Source of the DNA: an uncultured delta proteobacterium
GTDB lineage: Bacteria; Desulfobacterota; Binatia; UBA9968
Direction: 5' to 3'
Assembly: GCA_963816145.1 (NCBI GenBank)
Contig: CAWFJP010000015.1
Span: 32,001-96,000, forward strand
DNA: 64,000 nt
In this document: positions 28,026-36,950 of the stretch, one piece after another
How the letters are laid out: every line of letters begins with the position of its first letter
Numbering within the stretch: position 1 is the stretch's first letter
Made by a program: the position numbers and the translations under genes
The notes under the pieces: generated by a model
What the model was told of the DNA's origin: nothing
Seen by the model: the letters and a program-made list of their open reading frames with translations, nothing else
Database searches by the model: none

Positions 28026-29051
28026 TCACGACCGGAACCGTTCCCGCCAGCGCGGAATCGCGTCCGGATTAACCACAGTGTCGGGCACTTTGCCACCGAG
28101 AATCGTCAAGATACTCTGCGCCGCCATCGTCTGTCCGGCCTCGGCGGAGCCAGGATTGGCGCCGATGTTGTGCGGCGTCAGGATCAGTTTGAACGGATCG
28201 ACTTTAAGCAGGTCGCTGTCTTTGGGCAGCGGTTCCTGTTCGAAGACATCGAGCGCCGCGCCGGCGATGACCTTTTCGTTCAGGGCATGAATCAGTTCTG
28301 CTTCCTTGATCGCCGGGCCGCGCGACGTATTGATGATAAATGCCGTCGGTTTCATCATTTTGAGTTCGCGCATGCCGATCATGCCGCGGGTTTCGCGGGT
28401 CAGCACGACATGGATCGTCACTGCGTCGGAGCTTTTAAGCAATTCGTCCAAGCCGACCATCCTGATCCCGAGCGACGCCACGGTTTCCTGTTTGACGTAG
28501 GGATCGTAGCCCAGCACTTTCATGCCCCAAGCATCAAGCCGTTTGGCGACCGCCTGGCCAATACGGCCGACGCCGATAATGCCGACCGTCTGGCCGAGCA
28601 TCAGCGTGCCACGGTTTTCCAGCTCCTTCCATCCGCCGTTGCGGATAACCGCTTCGTTGAGCCTGAGCCTTTTGAACAACGCGACCATCAGACCCATGGT
28701 CGCTTCGGCCACACCGAGATAATTTTCCAAGGTCGGGCTGTTGCAGCACAAAATGCCCAGGTCCGTCGCGGCGTCGACATCGACGGTCTCGATGCCGATG
28801 CTCGATTTCACCACAGCTTGTAGATCCGGACAGGAATCCATCACGTCGCCGCCAATAAAATCGCGACCGGAAGGATAAATAATCGAGCTGTCACCGACCA
28901 AGTTGATCAATTCTTTGCGCTCGTAGCGAAAGTGGCGAAAATCATCCTGCGGCTTGCCCAACACCAGCTCGCAGCCGGCTTCGCGCAGCGTGTTTTCGAC
29001 GATCTTGATGCGCATCGGCCCGGTTATGCAGACTTTGCGTTTGGCGGCCAT
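28026..29051 (-). CDS. D-isomer-specific 2-hydroxyacid dehydrogenase (SerA-like, no ACT domain)
   Basis: GIIGVGRIG, IINTSRG, AALDVFEQEP, LTPHN. Confidence 0.92.
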   Translation of the reverse strand: MAAKRKVCITGPMRIKIVENTLREAGCELVLGKPQDDFRHFRYERKELINLVGDSSIIYPSGRDFIGGDVMDSCPDLQAVVKSSIGIETVDVDAATDLGILCCNSPTLENYLGVAEATMGLMVALFKRLRLNEAVIRNGGWKELENRGTLMLGQTVGIIGVGRIGQAVAKRLDAWGMKVLGYDPYVKQETVASLGIRMVGLDELLKSSDAVTIHVVLTRETRGMIGMRELKMMKPTAFIINTSRGPAIKEAELIHALNEKVIAGAALDVFEQEPLPKDSDLLKVDPFKLILTPHNIGANPGSAEAGQTMAAQSILTILGGKVPDTVVNPDAIPRWRERFRS

Positions 29052-29062
29052 CGTTCACCTCT

Positions 29063-30082
29063 TTACAAGTTGTAGAGCTTTTTCGCCGACTCGGCGAACA
29101 GCCACTTCTTCGCTTCATCGTTCAAATCCTTGCGCCGGCTTAGATGCTGGATATTCTCCGGGAATTCAGTGTCCCAGTGCGGAAAGTCGGAGGCATAATA
29201 AATATTGCGCTGGGACAATATCTCGGCGGTCGCGCCGATTAACGGTTCATAGTCTTCGGCGTGAAAATAGATGCGCCCATCCTTGAGATACTCGATGGGC
29301 TTTTTCTTGCACATCGGCGCCTCCACTTCGCCGCGGATCTCCCACTCCTCGCTCATGCGGCCGAACCAGTATGGCGCCCAACTGCACCCCGCCTCCATGA
29401 AGGCCACACGCAGTTTCGGGAAGCGGTCAAAGACGCCGCGAAACATCAGACTCGTGCAATGCATCATCTGCGCAAACGAATGCGACAAGGTATGCACTTC
29501 GATGAACTGGTCGAACATATCGCCAGCGAAGTAATGGGGCCCGCGCACGGTGGCGTGGACGCCGACCATGCAATCGAGCTTCTCCGCTTCCTCGTAGATC
29601 GGCCAGTAGCTTTCATGGCCGAGCGGCATTCGCAGCCCAACCGCCGGCAGCATCAAGCCGACCAGTTTCAATTCACTGACCGCTCGGCGCAGCTCTTTAA
29701 CCGCCTCGGGCACGTCTTGAAACGATACCAAGGCGACGCATTTCAAACGCGGGCTAATTTTTTGAAACTCTTCCGAACAGAAATTGTTCCATGCCTGGGA
29801 GTACTGCACCGCGACATCGGGTTCGCGAATCCAGCCGACGCTCAGGCCGTTGGTCGGATAAAGCACCGCCGTCGAAACGCCGCCGCGGTCCATGGCGTCA
29901 AGCCAACTTTTGGCATCGCCGGCGCGGCTGCCGAGTTTGCCGCTGAGCGAACGGTCCCAACTATCTCCCGGCGTCAGCGATGACACGCGCTTGACATATT
30001 TTTCCGGCATGTACTTTTTGAGCTGCGCGTCGCTCTCGGTGATGTGTCCATCAGCATCGATGACTTCGAATTGACTGGCCAT
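29063..30082 (-). CDS. Amidohydrolase_2 family protein (paralog of 20748-21764)
   Basis: IDADGH, GVFDRFPKLRVAFMEAGCSW, YASDFPHWD; GGAGG RBS before ATG 30082. Confidence 0.92.
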   Translation of the reverse strand: MASQFEVIDADGHITESDAQLKKYMPEKYVKRVSSLTPGDSWDRSLSGKLGSRAGDAKSWLDAMDRGGVSTAVLYPTNGLSVGWIREPDVAVQYSQAWNNFCSEEFQKISPRLKCVALVSFQDVPEAVKELRRAVSELKLVGLMLPAVGLRMPLGHESYWPIYEEAEKLDCMVGVHATVRGPHYFAGDMFDQFIEVHTLSHSFAQMMHCTSLMFRGVFDRFPKLRVAFMEAGCSWAPYWFGRMSEEWEIRGEVEAPMCKKKPIEYLKDGRIYFHAEDYEPLIGATAEILSQRNIYYASDFPHWDTEFPENIQHLSRRKDLNDEAKKWLFAESAKKLYNL

Positions 30083-30224
30083 ACTTAATTCCTCCCTCGG
30101 GCTTGATGGTTCGTCGTACGCCTCATCACCTCGCGCTGTCAAGAGAAGCCCAACGCAACCCTTGGATTGCCGGCCGATAAGAATTTTCTTGAGTTGAACG
30201 GCGCATTGATGATACCAAGCGATT

Positions 30225-30599
30225 GTGAAGGAGACCCATAGCCGCCCTCTTCGTCTGTTCCTGACGATAGTCATTTGGCTTTGGGCCGGCGGCTCATCCA
30301 GTCTCGCCCTCGCCACCATCAACGTCTCCTATCCAGGTCCGGCACCGTTTTATATACCGGTCGCGGTGGCGATCCACCAGGGGTTCTTCAGCGAGCAAAA
30401 TTTAGCTGTAGAATTGATCGTCACCCGGGCCGAGGTCGATCGCGCGGCGCTGAGCAGTGGCGATATTGCTCTTACCTTGCGCATCGGTTCGACGATCCTG
30501 TCCGCCGCCCGCGGCCTGCCAATACGGAAGGATGGCACGCTAAAAGACGCGGGGCTCAAATATCGTAATTATTCGATTTCAGCTTGTTGCAGCAGCTAG
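30225..30599 (+). pseudogene. Truncated NMT1/SsuA binding-protein fragment
   Basis: Signal peptide plus INVSYPGP..FYIPVAVAIHQGFFSEQNL..AALSSGDI..AARGLPIR, then loses similarity at about 100 aa. Confidence 0.7.
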
Positions 30600-30674
30600 T
30601 CAAAGACGGACGCTAATTGTATTGCAAGCTTTTCGCGGTCAAGTCGTCTAAGCTACGATTGGAGCGAGGAATAT

Positions 30675-30959
30675 ATGAAAAAAGCCTGTTACCTGACGCT
30701 GCTCCTCACCTGGACCCTCTGGACCCGGACGATATCGCAGACGTCAGACAATTGGTCCGCCGCACCCGGCTTGGCGTCACAAGACAAATGTCTAGCCAGC
30801 GTTAAAGAAAAGCTCGACATGTGGAAGCAGTTTAAGGATGCCAAGTTCGACAAGAACACCGTCATCTTCACCGACAACAATTCCTCCATGAGCTACGTCT
30901 GCCTCCCCGACGGTGAAGATCCGCGCAAACCGGCGAAAGCGCCGAAGCCGGCGAAGTAG
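30675..30959 (+). CDS. Small hypothetical, probably exported protein
   Basis: GAGGA RBS; hydrophobic N-terminus W.LW; two Cys; C-terminal CLPD..DPR. Confidence 0.7.
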   Translation: MKKACYLTLLLTWTLWTRTISQTSDNWSAAPGLASQDKCLASVKEKLDMWKQFKDAKFDKNTVIFTDNNSSMSYVCLPDGEDPRKPAKAPKPAK

Positions 30960-31044
30960 TTTTAGCTTCGTAGAATTAGATGCCGAACAGCTTTAGGGTG
31001 AGAAAAAGTCTAGCAAAATCTCTGTGATCCAATATCCCAGAAAA

Positions 31045-31077
31045 TGATCGATACCGATCAGTAGGATTGCCTACTGA
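31045..31077. promoter_or_regulatory. Two overlapping palindromes
   Basis: TGATCG-atac-CGATCA overlapping TCAGTAGG-attg-CCTACTGA in a convergent intergenic gap. Confidence 0.35.
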
Positions 31078-31404
31078 CTTGAGCGAAAACGGGCAAGTTG
31101 AAATCGACGCAAAACCTTAGGGTGGAAACGATACGCCCAGCGGTGATTGGCCATGAAGTCGCGCCAGATTTCCGCGCGCAAATTGGCCAATTCCGATTCG
31201 GTTCAAGCGAGATTGTAGCCCGGCAACCAGTTGATGCTGCGCCGTATTCTCCAATAGCCGCATGAGCTCGGAGTTTGTTTTGTCAGAGCCCGATTCGGGC
31301 GATGCCAAATCGTCGCCAGATAATCCCGGATTCCGCAGTAGAGAAATCAAGGGGACTGAGTGTGGGAGGAATCCGGGTTAAACGCAACATGTTAAATAAC
31401 ATTT

Positions 31405-33153
31405 TTACTCTTTGACCCCCGCCTGCCCGCCGAGCGCACGAGCGCACAACGCCGCGCTGACGACCAGTGCGACGATGATGACAGCCACCACCGTGGCTTT
31501 CTCGAACTCCGCGCCAGCGGCGAAGTCAAGCATCAGCAACGACAACGTGCGCGACCTGCCTGACCCGAGCAGCACCACCGTACTGATATCGCGCGCCGCC
31601 GAGATAAACCCGACCAGCGCGACCGTAATCATCGCCGGCATGATCAAGGGCAAAATGACGCGGCGGAAAGTATCGAACCATGTGGCGCCACAAACTTTCG
31701 AAGCTTCTTCCAAATCGGTGCCCAATTGAATTAACACGCTTTTGATCATCTGCGCGCCGAAGGGCATGCTCTTAATGACCATGGCGATCATCAAGATGTA
31801 AATCGTGCCGTAGATCGGCAAAAATATCTTGGTCTGGAGGAACGTCCAGAGCAGCGCCACTCCCAACAGGATTCCCGGCACCGACCAGGGCAGCCAAGAG
31901 AGAAAGTCGAGCAGGCCACGGCCGCTATAACGGGTCTTGACCACGACATAGGCGATCAACGAATAGAAGAACACTCCCACCAACCCGGAACCGAAACCAA
32001 TCGCCAAAGTATTCCATAGAGAGCGCAAAAGGATGGGATCGCTGAGCGTTGTGCGCCAGTTCTCCAGAGTCCAAGGTTCGGCAATGTGGAAAAAACCGAA
32101 CAGTTTCATAAACGTGCCCATCACTAGCAGTGTCGTCGGCACCAGCGTGATAAACACGGCGAAAAGCAGCACCAAAACGAAAGCCGGATAGCGCCACTTG
32201 CCAAGGGGGGTCGGCCTGATGCTGAATCCCCGGCCGGTAATGGTCTCGTAACTGCGCTTGCCAATATATTTGCGCTGCAGCGCGACCATCATCAATAGGA
32301 CGCCGAGAAACACGGTACTGAGCGCCATCGCCGGCGCGAATTGCGGCGGCTCCCAAGTCACCAGTTCGTGAATTTTAGTCGAGTAAACCTGTAAGCCGAT
32401 AGGAGTGCCTAGCAACAGCTCGATCTCGAAAGCTTCCAATGAGCGGATTAGACCCAGAATGGTCGTCACCAAGATTGCCGGCATCATCACCGGTATGACG
32501 ATGCGAAAGAAGGTCCGCGCGCCGCTCGCTCCGGAGATCTTCGAGGCCTCCTCCAGCACCGCATCGAGATTGCGAAACGCGGGAGCGAGCAACATGACCT
32601 TGACGCTCACCGTGCCGCCCATATGTGCCCAGACGATGCCCCAAAACGAATAGATGTTGAACAACGGCTGGCCAATGACACCCAAGCTCATCAATCCTTG
32701 ATTCATCAGTCCATACTTGGGGTCGAGCAAGAGTATCCAGCCCATGGTCTCCGGCAGCGCGGGTAAAAAGAACGACAACCAGAAGAAGAACTCCAGAGTT
32801 CCTTTCATGGGGATATCGGTACGCGCGATCAGCCAGGCGAAAAACGCACCGATCAAGAGCGCAATCGCCTGGCGCGTCAGCGCCAAAGTCACCGTGTTGG
32901 TCATCGCTTTGACGATTCCTGGCGTGGTGAATGCTTTGATCCAACCGTCAATCCCCCAAACGATCGGTTGGCCGGGGCGGGCAGTTTGAAAACTATTGAG
33001 GATCATCAAGAACAGCGGCGTCAGAACCAGGAAACCGACGATGACAATCAAGATGACGATCATCAGCGGCGGAGCTTGAAACCTGCGCTTCGGAAAAACC
33101 GCGGCTGCGACATACTCTATCGGCCGATCTAGGGTTTGGGATTTTTCATTCAT
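31405..33153 (-). CDS. ABC transporter permease, FbpB/AfuB type (two TM domains)
   Basis: Two EAA loops LEEASKISGA and LEEASKVCGA; about 12 TM helices. Confidence 0.93.
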   Translation of the reverse strand: MNEKSQTLDRPIEYVAAAVFPKRRFQAPPLMIVILIVIVGFLVLTPLFLMILNSFQTARPGQPIVWGIDGWIKAFTTPGIVKAMTNTVTLALTRQAIALLIGAFFAWLIARTDIPMKGTLEFFFWLSFFLPALPETMGWILLLDPKYGLMNQGLMSLGVIGQPLFNIYSFWGIVWAHMGGTVSVKVMLLAPAFRNLDAVLEEASKISGASGARTFFRIVIPVMMPAILVTTILGLIRSLEAFEIELLLGTPIGLQVYSTKIHELVTWEPPQFAPAMALSTVFLGVLLMMVALQRKYIGKRSYETITGRGFSIRPTPLGKWRYPAFVLVLLFAVFITLVPTTLLVMGTFMKLFGFFHIAEPWTLENWRTTLSDPILLRSLWNTLAIGFGSGLVGVFFYSLIAYVVVKTRYSGRGLLDFLSWLPWSVPGILLGVALLWTFLQTKIFLPIYGTIYILMIAMVIKSMPFGAQMIKSVLIQLGTDLEEASKVCGATWFDTFRRVILPLIMPAMITVALVGFISAARDISTVVLLGSGRSRTLSLLMLDFAAGAEFEKATVVAVIIVALVVSAALCARALGGQAGVKE

Positions 33154-33201
33154 GAGCAAACTTTTGGATTGTCACCGTTATACGGAGGCTGAAGAAAATC
33201 G

Positions 33202-34353
33202 TCAATCATCGTTGGCGGCGACATCGTAGTTCATGTCGAGCGCGATGCCTTTTTTCGCGAGTTCTACCTCATAGTTTCGGCGAATCGCCGCATCTTCATC
33301 CTCATATTCGATCAGCGTGCCACCGTGTTTGACCGAGGTATAAACTCCCGCGCGAATGGCGGCGACGCGAATACCCAACGGAAACTTCTGGCTGCCGCAA
33401 CGAAGCGCCAACTGCAGGGCTCGTTCGGGCCCAGTATTGAAGTGTTGATGAAACCAATTGGTTGGCGGACTGAAAACGCTCCCCGGCACCCAATCGACGC
33501 GAACCACCTGATCACCGTAGCCATTCTCGTAGGGTTTGACGCCCAAGTGATTGGGCCACATGAGCGAATAGCCTTCCGAGCGCAAAATGACCAGCACCGC
33601 GCCGCCGCCATGAAAATGCGCCTTGTGATAGCGCCCAACCGGCCATTCGGCGAGATGACCGATCAATATGTTATTCGAAATCTCGAACTGCGTCAGATTG
33701 ACGCCGGCGCCTTTTTGCTCCTGCGCATCGATCCGCGCCTTGCTCGCGTCCGGTATAAAATTGGTCTCCCATATCCATTGGCGGTTATTGGCCGCAAGGT
33801 AGCGATCAACGCCGGGTTCAAAATATCCCGACTCGCCGTCGTAGCGGTCTTGAAACGCAAAGTCGCTGTTAAAAACGAACTGCTCGTTGTGATAGTGATC
33901 GAGCGCCATCGGCGCGGTGGTGATAGCGAGAAACAATGCCGGTTCGCTGCCGTGATTGATTAAGCGATGCAGCGTGTTCATTGGCGGCGAAAATAAACTG
34001 CCGGCGCGCCAAAGAAGATTTTGCGGCACGCGGTCGCGCTGCTGAATCTCCGCCACGCCTTCGCCCTGAAGGATATAAATAATTTTCTCGTAAAGATGGC
34101 GCTCAGGCAGCGTCGTCGCGCCAGCGTCAAGTTTGCCAACATATACACCGGTAATGCCCTCGAGGCCGCGCAATTGCAGGTAGGCGCCGTCGCAACCGAT
34201 ACGTTTCCATGCTTTGAGCGAAATGTTTCGCACGTCGGTTACCCCGTAGCCGTCGACGACCGGTATGCCTTCGGTTTCCATGAATCGTTCGTAGTAGGTT
34301 CTTTGCCTCGCTTTTGCCGTGCCGATGTTTACCACCTTTGAGTCCATAGACAT
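33202..34353 (-). CDS. Bicupin protein (gentisate-dioxygenase-like fold)
   Basis: ERHLYEKIIYILQGEG...PPMNTLHR and KAHFHGGGA...PPTNWFHQHFN. Confidence 0.85.
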   Translation of the reverse strand: MSMDSKVVNIGTAKARQRTYYERFMETEGIPVVDGYGVTDVRNISLKAWKRIGCDGAYLQLRGLEGITGVYVGKLDAGATTLPERHLYEKIIYILQGEGVAEIQQRDRVPQNLLWRAGSLFSPPMNTLHRLINHGSEPALFLAITTAPMALDHYHNEQFVFNSDFAFQDRYDGESGYFEPGVDRYLAANNRQWIWETNFIPDASKARIDAQEQKGAGVNLTQFEISNNILIGHLAEWPVGRYHKAHFHGGGAVLVILRSEGYSLMWPNHLGVKPYENGYGDQVVRVDWVPGSVFSPPTNWFHQHFNTGPERALQLALRCGSQKFPLGIRVAAIRAGVYTSVKHGGTLIEYEDEDAAIRRNYEVELAKKGIALDMNYDVAANDD

Positions 34354-34464
34354 TTCCTTTCATGGCGTGACGGCTGTCACGTGAGTTCCGATATCCATCG
34401 ATCAATTGTTGCAGTTTGACCCTTTTGTGTCGCAGCCGCGCCTGCTGAAGTGCCACGGCGTGGT

Positions 34465-35940
34465 TCAGTGGTTTTTGAAACCATATTCTTCCCACCTGCG
34501 CTTTAACGTCGCCGCGATTTCCGGGGAAATCGCCGTGCCCAGCGGCGGATAGCGATGGCCGCCGTAGTGTTCCTGCGGTTCTAGCGCCCAGTTGATGGTC
34601 GCGTCGATTAACACCCGGGTCCAAAGGCCATGGCCGTATTTCACCGAGTTGCGGTCGGCGGCTGGCACACTCGGATCGAGCATCGAACCCGAGGTGCCGG
34701 CAAACGTTGAAATATCCCCCAATCCAGCGTTGACGCGGTAGCAAAGGGCCCACTCGATCGCTTCCCAATCGTGAATATCGATGTCGTCATCGACAACGAT
34801 CACATGCTTGGCGGCGTAGTTGCCGAGATGGCTGCCCCACAGCGCGGTCGCCACCTGCTGAGCATGGCCGCGGTGTGATTTGCGTATTTGAATGCGCAGC
34901 ATCTCGGGCCACTTGCCGCGCCATACACCGGTGACATTGGCGACGCCGGCTTGTTCGAGCGTATGCCAAGCCATCGCGGAGAAAGTCGCCGGCGTCCAGG
35001 TGCTGCACTCGTTGGTGCGACCCGGACTGGCGCCGGTCAAACAGCCGTGAAAGATCGGATCGTTGCGAAAAGTGATACAGGTGACTTTGATCGTATGCTT
35101 GGGCGATTTAGTGCCGCCGTAGTATCCCGGGTATTCGCTGAAAGGACCCTCCGGCGTAAAGGTCTCGGGATCCGGCGACACGAAGCCTTCGAGCACGATC
35201 TCCGCCGACGCCGGCACCATCAAATCGTTGGTCTCACATTTCACCAATTCCACCGGCGCCCGGCGCAGCGAACCGGCCATGTCGTACTCAGGGTAAATCA
35301 CCGGCGTCGACGCAGCGATAAACAGCGCTTGATCCCAACCCAGCACCACCGCCACAGGCATCGCTTCGTTGCGGCTCCGATGCTTAACAAAATGCATTCC
35401 CCAACCCTGGGTTGTCGCCAGCAATACACCGATGGTGTTCTTGCTGCCGATCATGCCGCGGTAGGTGCCAACGTTGAGGGTGCCGCTGTCAGGATCGCGC
35501 GTCACCACGCTGCCCGAAGTCATGATGTAGCGGCCGCCGTCGAGCGGATTCCACTTGGGAACAGGCAATTGATAAAGGTCGACACCGTCGCCCTTGACGA
35601 TGTTTTCTTTTACCGGTCCCTTGCTAACAGTGACCGGTTTGACCGGGTTGGCGAAGCGCTCCTTAAAAACCCGGACGATGTCGCGATCGTGGGTATTCTC
35701 GGCAACGCCAAGGATCCAGCACAGCCGTTTCTTGGTGCCGGTGCCGTTGGTAAATAGCCGCCGACATAAGGTTTCTTTATGACCCTTGATATTTTCGAAG
35801 AGCAACGCCGGTCCGTATTGGCTAGCAATTTCCCGAGTGATCGCACCGAGTTCTTCGTTCCAATCGACCTCGGCCCGTACTCTCGCGAGCTCGTTTCTCT
35901 CTTCCAAATCATTGATAAAATCGCGCAGATCCTGCCCCAT
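34465..35940 (-). CDS. UbiD-family (de)carboxylase, canonical active site
   Basis: DLRDFI..LE, LLFENIKG, DGGRY, NVGTYRG, EIVLEG, EGPFSEYPGYY, IVVDDDID. Confidence 0.93.
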   Translation of the reverse strand: MGQDLRDFINDLEERNELARVRAEVDWNEELGAITREIASQYGPALLFENIKGHKETLCRRLFTNGTGTKKRLCWILGVAENTHDRDIVRVFKERFANPVKPVTVSKGPVKENIVKGDGVDLYQLPVPKWNPLDGGRYIMTSGSVVTRDPDSGTLNVGTYRGMIGSKNTIGVLLATTQGWGMHFVKHRSRNEAMPVAVVLGWDQALFIAASTPVIYPEYDMAGSLRRAPVELVKCETNDLMVPASAEIVLEGFVSPDPETFTPEGPFSEYPGYYGGTKSPKHTIKVTCITFRNDPIFHGCLTGASPGRTNECSTWTPATFSAMAWHTLEQAGVANVTGVWRGKWPEMLRIQIRKSHRGHAQQVATALWGSHLGNYAAKHVIVVDDDIDIHDWEAIEWALCYRVNAGLGDISTFAGTSGSMLDPSVPAADRNSVKYGHGLWTRVLIDATINWALEPQEHYGGHRYPPLGTAISPEIAATLKRRWEEYGFKNH

Positions 35941-35948
35941 CGTGTGAC

Positions 35949-36950
35949 CTACTCCGTTCGTTTGGAATTTTGCTCCTCCAGCGAGATTAGCGCGCGCCGG
36001 ATTAGAGTCCTACTCAAATCGACTTTGTATTGATTCATGCGCAGCGGTTTAGCCGGCCGCAACGCAGTTTCCGCTGCCCCCGCGGCAAGATCTTCGCTCA
36101 TGGATCGGTTGCGTAGAAGATCTTCGGCCTCGGCGCAGCGGTACGGAAACGTCGCCACGCCGCCAAGCACGATTCTCAAGTCGCGCCAAACATGATCCTC
36201 AATCACCGCGCTCACGGCCACGCTGGCGATGGCGAAGTCCCACGACTTGCGCAGGGCGAATTTAACGTAGGTGCTATGCGTCGGACGAAAGGGCACTTCG
36301 ATTTCGGTGACGATCTCATCAAGTCCGAGTGTGTGTGATTGGAGCCTGCCGCCGACCCAGTTGTGCCCGCTGAGGAATTCGCCCATGGACACGACCCGCC
36401 CGCCCCGCGGCGAAGCCACGTGAAGGTTCGCGTCGAGCGCCGCTAGCGCCACGGCCGTGTCCGATGGATGGTTCGCTAGACAGAGATGGCCACCCATGAC
36501 GCTGCCGTAGTAACGGCTGTCGCCGCCGGCCAGATCGCAGAATTTGCCGCCGCTCTTCCAGCATGAAAAACCGTCCTGCAGATACCAGCACCACACGTCC
36601 TGGCAAATATTTCCGCCGAGCGTGCCTAAATTGCGAATCTGCGGCGACGCGACGACGGCCGCCGCTTGCGCCAACACGCTGCAGTTTTTCTGCAATTCCG
36701 CTGATAGCGCGACCTGCGACAGCGTCGCGAGGGCGCCGATGCGCAGATTCTCTTCCGGTCGCGAGCGGATCTGGTTCAGTCCCGAGATGTTTTTTAGATT
36801 GATGACGCACTCGGGTTGAACGATGAACTTCTTGATGCGGAACAAAAGGTCCTGGCCGCCGGCCAAGAGCCAGGCCCCTTCGCCGTACCGGCTAAGGGCC
36901 GACAACGCGTCGTCAGTCGAAACGGCGTTGATATGTTTGAAGTTGATCAA
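35949..36950 (-). CDS. Xanthine dehydrogenase family FAD subunit with Cys-rich [4Fe-4S] insert (PaoB/HcrB type)
   Basis: LAGGQDL, ASPQIRNLGTLGGN, WCWY....CWKSGGKFC...CLANHPSD; TTG start overlaps upstream TGA. Confidence 0.92.
   Translation of the reverse strand: MINFKHINAVSTDDALSALSRYGEGAWLLAGGQDLLFRIKKFIVQPECVINLKNISGLNQIRSRPEENLRIGALATLSQVALSAELQKNCSVLAQAAAVVASPQIRNLGTLGGNICQDVWCWYLQDGFSCWKSGGKFCDLAGGDSRYYGSVMGGHLCLANHPSDTAVALAALDANLHVASPRGGRVVSMGEFLSGHNWVGGRLQSHTLGLDEIVTEIEVPFRPTHSTYVKFALRKSWDFAIASVAVSAVIEDHVWRDLRIVLGGVATFPYRCAEAEDLLRNRSMSEDLAAGAAETALRPAKPLRMNQYKVDLSRTLIRRALISLEEQNSKRTE

Noticed and set aside
23140-28100. Thiamine-precursor uptake with a TPP riboswitch
   Set aside because: No riboswitch consensus seen and no leader space; NMT1-family membership alone does not define the ligand.
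29063-30322. 79-aa N-terminal extension of the amidohydrolase
   Set aside because: A strong GGAGG RBS precedes ATG 30082, where homology starts; the extension overlaps the divergent gene.
31117-31350. 77-aa ORF downstream of the permease
   Set aside because: Non-ATG start and no recognisable motif; not an ABC ATPase fragment as far as I can see.
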